The translations under genes were made by a program, and so were the position numbers. Positions 31,601-41,300 of a DNA stretch of 64,000 nt are shown here, one piece after another (position 1 is the first letter of the stretch; every line of letters begins with the position of its first letter). The DNA is from a virus, in IMG/VR virus record IMGVR_UViG_3300032215_000682, positions 1-64,000 of that record; one strand, written 5' to 3'. The notes below the pieces were generated by a model that saw nothing but the letters and a program-made list of their open reading frames with translations, was not told the DNA's origin and did not search any database.

Positions 31601-32330
31601 TATTTTTTAAAGCTCTTATAATAGGATGGGCTAGTATTTCATGAATTGGTGTGTCTAAAGTAGCATAAGCAAGATTTATAATAGCAACATTATTTTCTAT
31701 TTTACCTTTAAACTCCTGACTTCTATCAGAAATAAATTTATATTTAATTCCTATTCTATCAGATATTCTTTCAGCTAAATCTTTTAAAGTTTTTTCTGAA
31801 GATATTATACCATTAGGAGAATCTTTTTGAAATAATGTCTGTTGTTCACCTTTTTTAACACCACCTTTAATTTCTTTAACAGACCAATTATCACTTTGTC
31901 CTAATTGTTTCCATTCTATATAAAAGTTTGTGTTATTTTTAATATTATATTTACCAATCTTCTCTTGTATCATATTTCTATTAAGAGAAGAATAATATTT
32001 TTTTCCTAGTCCTATTTCTTTAGAAAATTCAGATATGCTAACTTCTTGTTTTTTAGAAATGTCTTTAGAAATAGAATTATTATTCAATTTATTAAACTCT
32101 TCAGAATTAAATACAGCTTTTCCATCTTTTTCTGAAATTAAAGTATTAACATTTTTATTCTTAGACACAGCTTTATCTGTAAGCCATTTAACAGCATCAT
32201 TAAAATCTATTGTATTAAGAATTGTAGTATTTTCATTAATAATTTCATGAGCTTTTAAGAAATTCTTTGTAGAATTTAAAGCATCATCTTTAATGAAAAC
32301 ATATTTTTTATCACATTTTGGATTGAACAT
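22692..32330 (-). CDS. Giant (3212 aa) virion-packaged polyvalent/ejection protein with zincin-like motifs and C-terminal hydrophobic helices
   Basis: Follows the RNAP gene as in crAss-like phages; HEILAH (~aa 230), HEILH (~aa 1619), ENQSDLFQ motif, hydrophobic LGVMAILYTVTSLLIGG. Confidence 0.75.
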   Translation of the reverse strand: MFNPKCDKKYVFIKDDALNSTKNFLKAHEIINENTTILNTIDFNDAVKWLTDKAVSKNKNVNTLISEKDGKAVFNSEEFNKLNNNSISKDISKKQEVSISEFSKEIGLGKKYYSSLNRNMIQEKIGKYNIKNNTNFYIEWKQLGQSDNWSVKEIKGGVKKGEQQTLFQKDSPNGIISSEKTLKDLAERISDRIGIKYKFISDRSQEFKGKIENNVAIINLAYATLDTPIHEILAHPIIRALKNNLKEKDFYLKDGTKSKSGTYDKDGNLVLRTIDKIGEKSDNNYEPNVLYQNLLKELEEGRGKEVLDRIKKDYQFKNDFNLVPYIENGIIKGYNVSSTAKQRSTFFKNREEAESELEATNIPYTLEEQQEEAIVQLLGEYTAEKLDRVKDGKLISLLKRVLAEVKSFVRDLLKQKEINVESLPENLTLGELSDLLAYSNSKIILPGYKVEYTTPDNNKFSTYSQALKHVGELAKNAIEPDLSNTTAQESIDKGQPIYNKYGVMLDDFISKAISNGLDNEHILNDIRKLFLQADGEWLHFNYSYGENWQPEFYGDDSGYNAVTNFDSFQEFIEKNHIDFHKEFGENTLDDFKNKNKEYEQSKEIIEEWKKINGIKYNPEEIYSRGQGFYSVVGAYSDFDVNLMFQNILHHIEDNQKAGGEFTISAFTKPIDRKIGHLEDGSKIKFVIYPKSEDIKWATNTDAYSGSVWDAAAKINKSKQSELLGVSYTKYPSLNNINSVQPNLVDIVDNLSHHHNELGIALNNNFRLEYDDTVPYTTKKLIDNINKILDQKFGKLEKPEINTQDKEKVTKFKVKGEPNIFNTREEAQTLANRLSQLDYQHSYIVTSIQVDAQKGISPTITKNDLKLSLSEIKSNISDEGRISTLEHIIKESTLALKNNNFKVYSKEQNEKMLKDAKVELEILKNIESKEKNSQTLINKKISALKEVSKKYPASLIRSEVKKENNNSDLFNNDELPFQKIPSQANDNEVQYKLKAIELLSTSKAQEIWNKGKKAGWDLNKTLTELQIPKEQKEIIVDWAKNNKPESINDIITGVLADLSYGVEINTAKEKEYNTAAKLRLNSPNFDLNGSEYRVEIVGGEENHRGFENPSFDIYFKDGKEISDKEYEKALNKKTQEENINTQYYSNLTATGHTKSNGWEYEEREIAVPGIIPSIKGHAQFSTDNGIGWSRVTINKEKGILAVNENQSDLFQKGRDKKDLVQDNEMSFNITDSNKEEFEISKRLGVEEEDEDGQFSYTYKGVNYFQDIFTDNYLKYSLPNPNTSKNQFLQLLNKEGNWVSFFIKAQIQDAAKQGMKEIWFPTGDTASKIEGHSTLEEFKKEKEGRILELEKRKENTLREREEFSTKKEKVLSFKPENYDPSYHQNYFATSLEEAKKKDWWVEDYYKVEDVTESFNKTRNEKAISGTFEKSIEGIDNEIQQLKNEIQRVETEGFGALKPIWTFYETRVGNTLRKIYGDKIERITDEYDNQWWKLSIDDTIKNHILLSKDGEKQTQEKYNIIKNKLFKDKTIVNSTDVLNRIINSSNTPYIQKLGSIIARYEHNPVPISLLSQEEAEQYILDNKLKVYKEADVKNIAGFYDPKNNVIIIVDKPSKNLEGLILHEILHANTRDFLHSNEKLAKEFGNLYRITKESMSESEQKEYGFTNVDEFLTAILTDESFQKLLASKPSPYKAYTNKWEEIKSFLMNALTQMFGLNFKEYTLLDHLLNKSLDVVEEAYNSSQDVLESNIDKNNYVLTALDSQDREDVKEDVLKYNTLLKNTIEEASVQPMLEKILKYFKRNEFDLKTAPFKEQRELYQDDITNSNAYFEISRRLDSAIKSGDIDLKILALSDGIATIKKLTELSFNRIKEITSDSKNAKENISLLANYMELMNSYEASLETVRAMNEGFPHEIYNDVIHTLGKIEDARRYVLRNDTTGMVSFLQKYMNSAATHMQDWHRKEIKSEELILARAEKKNDVALIRNTKQRIENHEKSIKDYDFTNDKNILGFLKGLKGDLSRNSKFFNSFRDIADPILGGFVSYVESMKEKVTKYGNDIQISMDRELAPHYKAVGFDPIAFTKRLSDLITFADTQMDRDGNMKKVLTYLNPYKNYMYDRDLFLHTIRDLKIKKEQGENVDAELKAKILEYAKWQAKHMVRSKTDEYYETYDKLYNDEIGSELRERRSVIYNQLEYIDSKISEGTATEQEKADKAMYSEQLIELKRLTNKNGEYKTGIELQIAQRAQEIAKVDNQHYDYVTNTRAFERDKLNNMNLLIAKYGIDSQEYIDGTAKWEKENTRQVISQDFYALRNALSARLNELISEIPNSDFSKTNIGEKYQKIFDLTYGYRDVDGQPVGTDISEESAAKIKELQEEIEKIKETFNSFSGLNEKDSLRWKELYDKRHKGLSTAENEEFKELDGKSKASSLSKAKMKEIKSIFIQLREMQSRQPTPYYIQAFNDASNIKIDDDGRLNGVDILNSPQLNELLENKEFKEWWDKNHFKSLVYDEAIGHKVEKWNRLYQWSKVQPTDPKFIETLPSKDYTIRLLKDEYKTKQIVGITTDNRGNFLPKLSSDKYVNKDYFRLQNSTDPKDKALFNILEIQKKYHLYNQELAVQKKKKLWNEIPRERKDSYERNVNAVRKPQDFSANTWDRVKSWFKGLQEYSSETGNFKITDDTISDESPDVFSLKKGAADIAVPYLDEMDINDVSTDLRKSLLQYGMALKTNEVLKEALPYAKSLREIFEKNVPKTNDKKLFGISSGKNNRLDALDVYVAREFYGQSKVYEMGPTADKVVGVIKGLGALKFLKFNISSDIVNFTDAMTQNFINAGNNHYTQRQYHQSAALHTRIMGNTFNDFFNELGKYSADTLLFRAFEGVQEKTLHETLAQGKSKLKYGMSLDVLMGLRSKTEYYAQSRIYSAYMYATKVDSKEGLISLADAYELNSKGNIQLKAGVDKEWELFTGEKFLDLKRNIQKSVRDSQGAYAKADRTLLEQYTYINFALFLKKFFIQKFLNHFAYDSANSSFSIKDGFTIAPRYNPITGTYLGYWASALNTFSKMYRNKSFDYSYLTEEEKMNTLKFFKELGVMAILYTVTSLLIGGGSDKDKNRAINQMSDGEAYLLYQLLRLQNETETIVSPTQYKDFIMAPSAASVITSYLNVFSDLASQEEFKKTTALHKKGDLKWQQDLLELTGVWSFYGKFADPQTAAINYRRAINSKAK

Positions 32331-32348
32331 TATTTATTATTTTTTGGT

Positions 32349-35300
32349 TTAAAAAGGAACAACACATCCAGGATTTTCTTCCTCTTCTATATTTTCATTA
32401 GTTTTCTCTTCTGGAAGAATATCTTCATTATTAGAAATATTTTCTTGGTCTATGTCATCTTCTATTTCTAAATTAGGAATTTTTGTTTTATCATTATCAT
32501 ATTTACTATTTAATTCTTCAATTTTTACATCACTATCTTCAACTTTAAGAGAAGATATTACAATGGCAATATTTTTAGGTCTTGTTAAAGCTGTATAAAT
32601 ACTTTCAGATTTTTCTTTATTGGAAATAGGCCCAACAGACATAATATCTTTTTCATCCACTACCACTATATCATAAGTACTACCTTGTGATTTGTGAGAA
32701 GTGATGGCATATCCATAATCTATTTTAGCATATTTGTTTTTAAATCCCCAAGCTTCTTCTAAAGCATTTCTATATTCAGGAGAACCTTTTAAAGCAAAAG
32801 CTCTTTTAAACTTCTGAGAAACTAATTCTGCATATTTTTCTTTATCTTTTGACATTATAACATCTATTTCTCTAGGTACATCTTCTAATAATATTATAGC
32901 AGAAACATAAGAAAGGTCATATCCATCTCTTTTAGGTAAAGATACAGTACTTATTTGACTCTCAAAAGAATTTTCTATATCTCCATAAGCGTCATTAAAA
33001 ATTATAAGTTCATTAGGATTGTATTCAGGACTATTTACACCAAATATAGAATCATGAACAAATTTATTAATACTTTGTCTAGTATTATTTTTATATGTCA
33101 CTACTTTAATGTGATTTGGATTATTAGTGTTTATAGCTTCTTTAAAACTCTCTAAAACATCTTGTTTAATATCATTAAAACTATTAGTGAAGATTAAAGC
33201 TCCTTTATCAGAGATAATATTTTTTCTTTCTTTTGCAGGATTTTCATCTGGAGTGTTTTTTTGAGAATTTTCCCAAAAATGGTCTGCAAATGGAAGTATT
33301 GGAGAATCTTCTCCCTGTCTTACTCTTTCTAATAATTTACTCTTATTTTTCCCTTCAAAAACAGGAGACTTTTTACTAAGAAGTTCTTTTTTATCTTTAT
33401 AATAAGAATTTTCAACAGTTCTTATTGGAGGAAGTTGACCCACATCTCCTAAAAATATCACTTTACTATTCTTAGATTTTTTTTCAAATATAAGTTCCAT
33501 AGCTTGTTCATTAATCATAGAAGCTTCATCTATAATAATAATATCAGCATTTTCAATAGGAACAGATTTTCCTTTCTGAGGAGCTTCAAATATTCCATTT
33601 TCTAAATTCATAGATTGTCCTAATAAAGAAGCAATACTTTCAAATCTAGCAAATATTTTACTTTTTCTAAATTTTTCCCTAATAACAGATTTAGCTTTAT
33701 GAGAAAGAGCTGCTACATATGTTGCACTATTAGGAAATTCTCTCACTATTTGTTCAGCTATTGTAGTTTTACCTGTACCTGCTTTTCCTTCAATGACATA
33801 ATATTCTTTAGGATTTCCATTTTTAATAAAATCAATTGCTCCTTTTACAGCTATTTCTTGCTCTGGATTTAATTTTACATTATTAACAGGAGTAGCATTC
33901 TTAGTTTCTTCTATATATTTCTGTTCTTGAGATTTAATTTCTATTTTAACAGGAGTTTTAAGTCTATAAGCTTCATCAGGATAAGTGTGTACAGTAATCT
34001 TCTTACCATCTTGTGTTACAGTTTTAATAAGTCCCAACCCTCTTTTCACTTTAGGTTTGATTATCTGAGCATTATTAGGAACAAAATACTTATCATACCA
34101 TTCTTCTAAAGCTCCATTATTTTCAACAATTTCTTTCATTAATGGTAACACTTTCTCTATTTCATTAGAAATCTGTTCTGTAGGAAGAAGGTTAGTCATA
34201 TATAAAGGACTCTTTTGTAGTCCAGATTGTATAAAAGCAAATGATATGTAGTCTTTAAAGAATTCTCTTACCTCTAAATTATCATCAAGTAGTCCTTTTT
34301 TAATTTCATCAATAGCAAGATTGACATCATTAGTTTCTCTAATTTCTGATTTAAGTTTTAGATTTACAATATCTTTTCTTAATGTTGATGTATTTCCTAC
34401 AAGATTTTTTAAAATAGAATATTTTTTAATTAATTCTGGTTGATCCTTTAATAGAGTGTTAAGTCTATTTATCATCTCCCCATTAAATTGTGGTCTAATA
34501 GTTTGAAAACTATTACCAAAAGCATTATAAGCATATCCTATTAAATCATTCTTAAATCTGGATTCAAACACTTCTTTATTTCCAAAAGAAGCATCATTAA
34601 TTTTAGACAATAGAAATTCATTCACTTGAGGAAGTTCTACAAGTTTAAAAAACTTTGTAAAATTCTTCTTAACAAAATCATTCATATCTAACATAGAAAT
34701 AACAGAATCTTTTTTAATAGCTTCTATTCCTTCTTTATTAAATATATTTTTAGATAGCACTTGTTGATATAATTCTTCTTTTTCAAAAGCTGCAAACACA
34801 CTACTTAAATTAGCTGTATCAAAATCTAAAGCACTTGTTAATTCTCTCAATCCTTGTGCTTGTTGCTCAAGTTCTATATAATGTTCTAAATAAGCTCTTT
34901 GTGTCTTATTACTACTTTTAGAAATGTTTTCTTTTAATGTTTCTTCATTGTATATATCAGAAGATTGTACAATAGCTTCTTTAACAGGAAATTTAGCTTG
35001 TAATATTTCTTTAATTTTTTTGTCAGTAAAATTATTATTTTGATATAAGCTATTTAACAATTTACCCATTTGAAAATTCTTTAACTTCTTTAAAGCTAAA
35101 TATTCTCTAATAATAGACTGATTTACTAAATAAATAGCCTCTCTAATAGGAACACCTGCATGATTTAAATATAGCAATGTTGGTGTAGCTTCAAATGTAG
35201 CACCTAAATCAAACACCCAAGCATCTTTAGCAACATCCACAAAACCATTCATAAATTGTGAAATGATTTCAGATATTTTATATTCTCCATTAGCATCATA

Positions 35301-38300
35301 TTCTTTAGCTAGAGATATATTTTTATATGGGCCATTTTGTATAAAATTATGTTTTAATAATATTTTATTTTCTACTCTTCCATCTGCATATTTAAAAAAA
35401 TTATTTAAAAACACATTATGTTGTTTAAAAAGTTGACTAAATGTATTATTCTTAGCAGCTATTCCTAATGATTTTTTACCCACTAAATTAGCTTCAAATT
35501 GATTAATTTGTGTACTATAATCAAATAATGTAGAATAACCCACTTTTTCTCCTCTTCCTACAATTTTTTTTATTTCATCAGCTAATGGTTTTAGGACAGA
35601 TGTACTATTAGGAGTGATTAAAGATTCAAACATTTCAGGTTGCTCCAAACTTTCTGAAAGCAAACTTATCATTTCATTTTGAAGAATAGATTTTTTATTA
35701 GTACTTGGTAAATCTTTTGTATATTCTTCAATTCCTTTGTCTAACACTTGTTTTAAAGCTGTTATTTTAACATGTATTGCATCACTTTTATCTCTAATGC
35801 TGCTAAAATGTTCATAAAGTTCTATAATATATTTTTCTATTTGCTCATCTCTTTCTTTTTTATTTTCAGCAGACTCTAATATATCTCTTACATCTTGTCT
35901 AACAAATCCAGGAAAACTTTCCAACACTCTATCATTTATTTTTTCACCAGAGCTTTTTTTATTAAATCTTGGTAATTTTCCATCCTCTTTAAAATTAGGA
36001 ATGTACATTGACACTTTATCAATATCAAAGTCAGATCCTGCAATTGCTGTAATTTCGCTAGGAAAAACAATTAAAGAACCTGTAGAAGCTGGAAGAAATT
36101 CTTGAACAATACAATTAAGCATAGAGTTAGCTCCTTGTACAGGAATCCTAACACCCACCATTGTTAATTCAGCTTCATGTTCTTTCACCCATTCTTCATC
36201 TTTTAATAGTTGATTTAAAGCTATTAAAGCTTTTCCTTCATCTATCTCATCAACTAACTTTAATAAAGGTTTAAATTTATTAATGCTCACCTTCACTTGC
36301 ATTTTAGAGACATATTTCTCTCCATTTTCTCTTTCTTTTATTTCATAAAGCTTTAATGTACTATCTTTGTCCCATCCTGTAAATGCTGTTTGAACAAAAT
36401 TATCACCATTAAGTTTATTTTTTATCAGCCTATTATTTACAATAGAAAGAAGAATATTAGTGATTTGTTGTCTAGCTAATGATGAATCAAGAGAATACAC
36501 TAAATTACCTTCATTGTCTGTTCTAATGAAGTCTTGTATATTATCAGGAACATCTTTAGTTTTAAATTCTTTTTGTAATAAAGAAGCAAGAGCTTTAAAA
36601 TTAATTGGCTCATTTTCACCTCTTATTCCAAGTTCTTTTCTTACTTTTTTAAGTTCTATATCAACTAATTGTTGTCTAGCAGCATTATATTTAGCAGAAA
36701 TAGCACCAATCTTTTCAGAAATAGGCTTACCTTCAGCAAACATATCTACATTAAACAATTTATTAAACTGTGTAGCAAATATAATATTAGGTTTCACTTT
36801 AGGCTCAATATACACTTGCTCTTTAAGATAGTGAAAATACTTATCATTTGTTAAATATGGCACTTCTCTATTCTCAAAATTCTCATATTCTCCATTATTT
36901 TGTAAAGCAGCTTTTTTACTACCACTTTCAAATATTCCATATCCTATATTTTCTTTAACAAGTTTATCATTAAATCCTTCTAATGGTTTACCTTTAATAG
37001 CTGTAGGTATCATAGGAATAAGAGCAAATTTATCAAATGCATCTATTCTCATCTCTTGTCCAAAATGTTGCTCTGTATTAGCTATTGTGCCTGAATACTG
37101 AGCCTTAATAGGAACAAAGTAATACAATTCATCATTAGATAGTTCAATGCCCTTAGCAGCCTTTATATAAGCTTTTTCAGCAAGGTCATTCCATTGTCCA
37201 ATTATAATTTTAAAATTTCTATAAAAGTCTAATGTACACAAACCAAGAGCATCTGTTTCATTTACTTCTTTAAAAGCTTTTAATGTATTGAATATATTAA
37301 ATGGAGCATCTTTGAGAGCTTCTTTAGCTTCATCTATGTCCATATTAATTAATTCTTCAGCATTCAATTCTTTTCCAGAATTTTTAATAACAGTGTTTAA
37401 ATAATCTTTTAAATAATTAGAAATTATCTCTCTGTCTTTTAATACAACAGACTTATAGAATTCTTCTACTTGTGATTTTTTATTAAACAAATGTTGTTCT
37501 TGCTCTCTGCCTGTAGCATTTAAATAATATTTAATAATAGGAGACATTACACTAAAATCTCCTGTAGCAGAATCAGCACTAAGCCTTTTATGTACATCTT
37601 CTGGAGATTTAAATTGTGTTACATCACCATTTATAAACATCATTTGTTCATAATTGTAAATATAATTACTTACAACAAAAGCATTAAGAGCATCTGAATA
37701 AGAAAGTCCTTTAGTATCTTTAATACCTATTTCATCAGAAAGGAAATTTCCTTTATTTGTAATTCCTTGTCTAATTTTATCCTTTAATACTTCCACCCTA
37801 TCTTTAAAGAATTTTTCTAAATAAAGCTTAATATCAATATCTTTAAATATATCATCAACATTATTATTAATATTTTCTAATATTTGTTGTTTAATTTCTT
37901 CAGGAAGAATATCTGTAAACATTCTAAATCCATTTCCTGTTTTGTCATATTTAGCAATAGTTATTCCTTTTTCTTCTTTAGCTTTTAAATATATTTTATT
38001 ATACCTTTGAATTTCAAGAATTGTGCCTTTTAAATAATCTTCAAATATATATTGAACAGGAGAAGGTATTAATTCACCATCAAATTCACTAATAGCAACA
38101 GGGTAATTACTGTTAGTGGTGTTATACTTAATTTGTGTACCAAAAGCACTTCCTTTATCACCATATCTCATATGCTCTACAATATTATTTGCAAAGAATG
38201 AGTTTATGTCATAGAATATTTTATCTACACTAAATAAGTCTGTAGTTTTATTACCAACAGTGTCTCTATCAGTTTTAGTTTTAAATCCTCCAATATCTAT

Positions 38301-41300
38301 TAATTCAATTTCAGAATTTCTTCTTTTTCCAAATTCTTCACCTTTTATAATAGAACCATCTTCATTTCTTATTTGAAACAAGGAATTCATCCAAAGTGTA
38401 TAATATAATGTAGGAGAAGCTTCAACAGAATACTCTGGAAAAACTTTAATAAAATCATCTAAATGAGGATATTTTTCTTTATTATTAATTTCAGCATATA
38501 TAAGGCTAGTTTTACTAAATTGAGAATATTGTGATTTCATATCTCCACTAGGAAGCATAGCCATATCTTCTTGCCATTCATTTGTAGCATCTACTTCTAT
38601 TTGTAATAAAGCATCAATATTTGTAGCTTCTGATTTATATTTAAATTCTTTAATTACACTAGCTACACCACTAATATCTTTAATAGGAGATGTTATTTTT
38701 TCACCATAGCTATTAAGATGGTTCATTCCATTGAATATTTGATTCAATGTATCTCTATTATCTGTAATTAAATCATTAAAAGCTTTAGAATTAATTGTAA
38801 CATCACTAAGATCTATACCTAAAGATTTAATAAAAGCAATTCTTGTAGCCTTATCTTTCTTTAAATATGTAACACCATCTTTAACAACACCAAAATCTTT
38901 ATTAACAGAAGCAACATCAAGAACATTTTCTCCAATATTATTTTTAATTATATAAGAAGATTCTTCTATTGTTTTAAAATTAGCTGTATAATATGCTCCT
39001 AATTTATCAATAGCTTTTGTAGCAGATTTAGTGTTATAAAACCCAAACCCTCCTTTAGTGACATCATATACACCTTCATATAAATCAATTTTAGGTTTAG
39101 AAAAAGCTTGTATAAAGGATTGTAAAAGGCTTATTTGTTTAATATTAAAATCTGGATAATTTTCTAATTTAGGAAGTCTTTGTGTGCCATCTTTATCATT
39201 ATTAACCAATTGCTTATACTCTGGATATGTATTTCCAAGTTTAACAATAACATCATACATTTCAACAGGATCTGTTATTCCTTGTGTTTGAGATTGTAGT
39301 CTATACCATGTAGTGCTTAATGGAAGAAGCTTTGGAAATCCAAATTCATTTAATTCTCCTCTACTAAGAGTACTCATTAAAAATACAATTTGCTTAGAAG
39401 CTTGTTTAATTGCTGATTTTTTATTCTTTTCAGCCCATTCTACAGCACCATCTCTTGAAGTTATTTCTTCTTCATCTATTTCTTCCTCTGTTTTAATACC
39501 ACTAAATATTGATGAATTCTCAATATAAGTTTTCTCAAACCCAAGCTTACCATTAAAATTATCATATAGAAATTGTAATTTATCTTGTTGTTCTTGAGGA
39601 AGTGTTTTTGATTCTAGTTTTTCTTGAATGCTAAGCCTAGCTATTTCATATAAACCATCAAAGTTTTTCTTTTTATCTTTCTCATCTGCTGTAAATAAAA
39701 CAAACATCTTACCCCTTCTTTCTAAACCAGAAGTTATAATAGAATCAATTGTGTTAATATAATTATTTACATCTACACTACCTATAATAGTACCATCTTC
39801 AGCAGTGTAAGCTTTATTAAGCTTTCCAAATAATGCATTATCTAATGAAGGAACATTATTAAAATTTCCTTTATATAATTGTTTATAAACATTCTTAATA
39901 GCATCAGGACTTATTAATTCCTTAATGAAATTCCACATTTTTTGAAATATTGTCTGCTTAGACAAATCTTTATCAAAATACATTGTTCCATTAGAATCAG
40001 CATATTCCTCAAAATTATCACCTAGCACTTCCTCAGCTTCTCTATTTGTTAATTGAGAATATGATTTAGAAACTAAATTTCCAGATTCATTAATAACATC
40101 TACAACACCAGATTTCTTTCTTAATTCATTATATAAATTAGTTTTTTGTCTTTTTGTTAAGAATAATTGTGAAAATCCATGATAGGCTTCATGATATAAC
40201 ATTCTTGGTGTAGCAGTGTTATATAATGTAACAACATTATTAAAGAATGTTGCATGAGCACCGCTATTAACAATATTGATAAAGTGATTTAAATCAATGT
40301 ATTTAGAAAGAGGAGAATTACTCCACCAATTTTTTACATCATTCCATTCTGTTTTAGAAAATTTAGATTCTAGTTTTCTATCTTTATTTAAAGTATCAAA
40401 TATATCATCTATACTTTTCTCAGGTTTTTGTTTAATTTCTTGCTTAACCTCTTGTTTTGTTTCAGGAACAATGTTTGAATTATCCAACATCATGTAAGTG
40501 CCTGGAAAAGCTTGTACACCATTTTCAGCAAGTGTGTTAGAATCTTTATTATCATTTACATCCTGATAAATTTCTGTATTATCTATTATGAATTTCTCAT
40601 AATTTGCAGGTGTAAAACTAAGCTTTCCCTCTGTAAATATAGGAATATTAAAATTCTCAATATTTTCAGGAGATTTTATATTTAATTTCTTTTGTCCTAA
40701 AGCATGTTCTAAAGCTGTTTTAAATGCTTCAGAATTATTTTCAGAGATATTAAAATAATAAAAATCACCAACAGCTTTTACATTTTCTATATTAGAAACA
40801 GAATATCCATCAAAAAAACTTTTATTAATTTTAAAAGCTTCTCCATTTTTATTCTTAATTAGATTAATAGAAGCATCATCAAAATATACATATCTATCTA
40901 AATAAGCTTTTCTAGCTTCAAATGTATTTAATGTTTTACTAACATTATTTTCTGTTCCTATTTTAATAAGAGCATCAATAAAGCCTTGCAATTGAACATT
41001 AGCTAAATAAGGTCTTGAAATAGGGAAATTAAATCCATATTTACTATCTGTTAAATAAGATTGTCCTTCAACTCTATCAACAGAAGGTGTTGTACTAACA
41101 AATAATTTTAAATCAGGAAGTGTGTATTCAGCTTGTTCTAATTTTCCATTTAAATTTTTAATAAATGATGATGTAGAAATAGGCTCTGTTACAAACTTTG
41201 TAACAATTCCCATCCCCATTCTTTGAATACTAATAAGAGAAATAGGTGGATTTTTTCTCAAAGCCTCTAAATCTTCTAATGACTGTCTATATGTTGCAGC

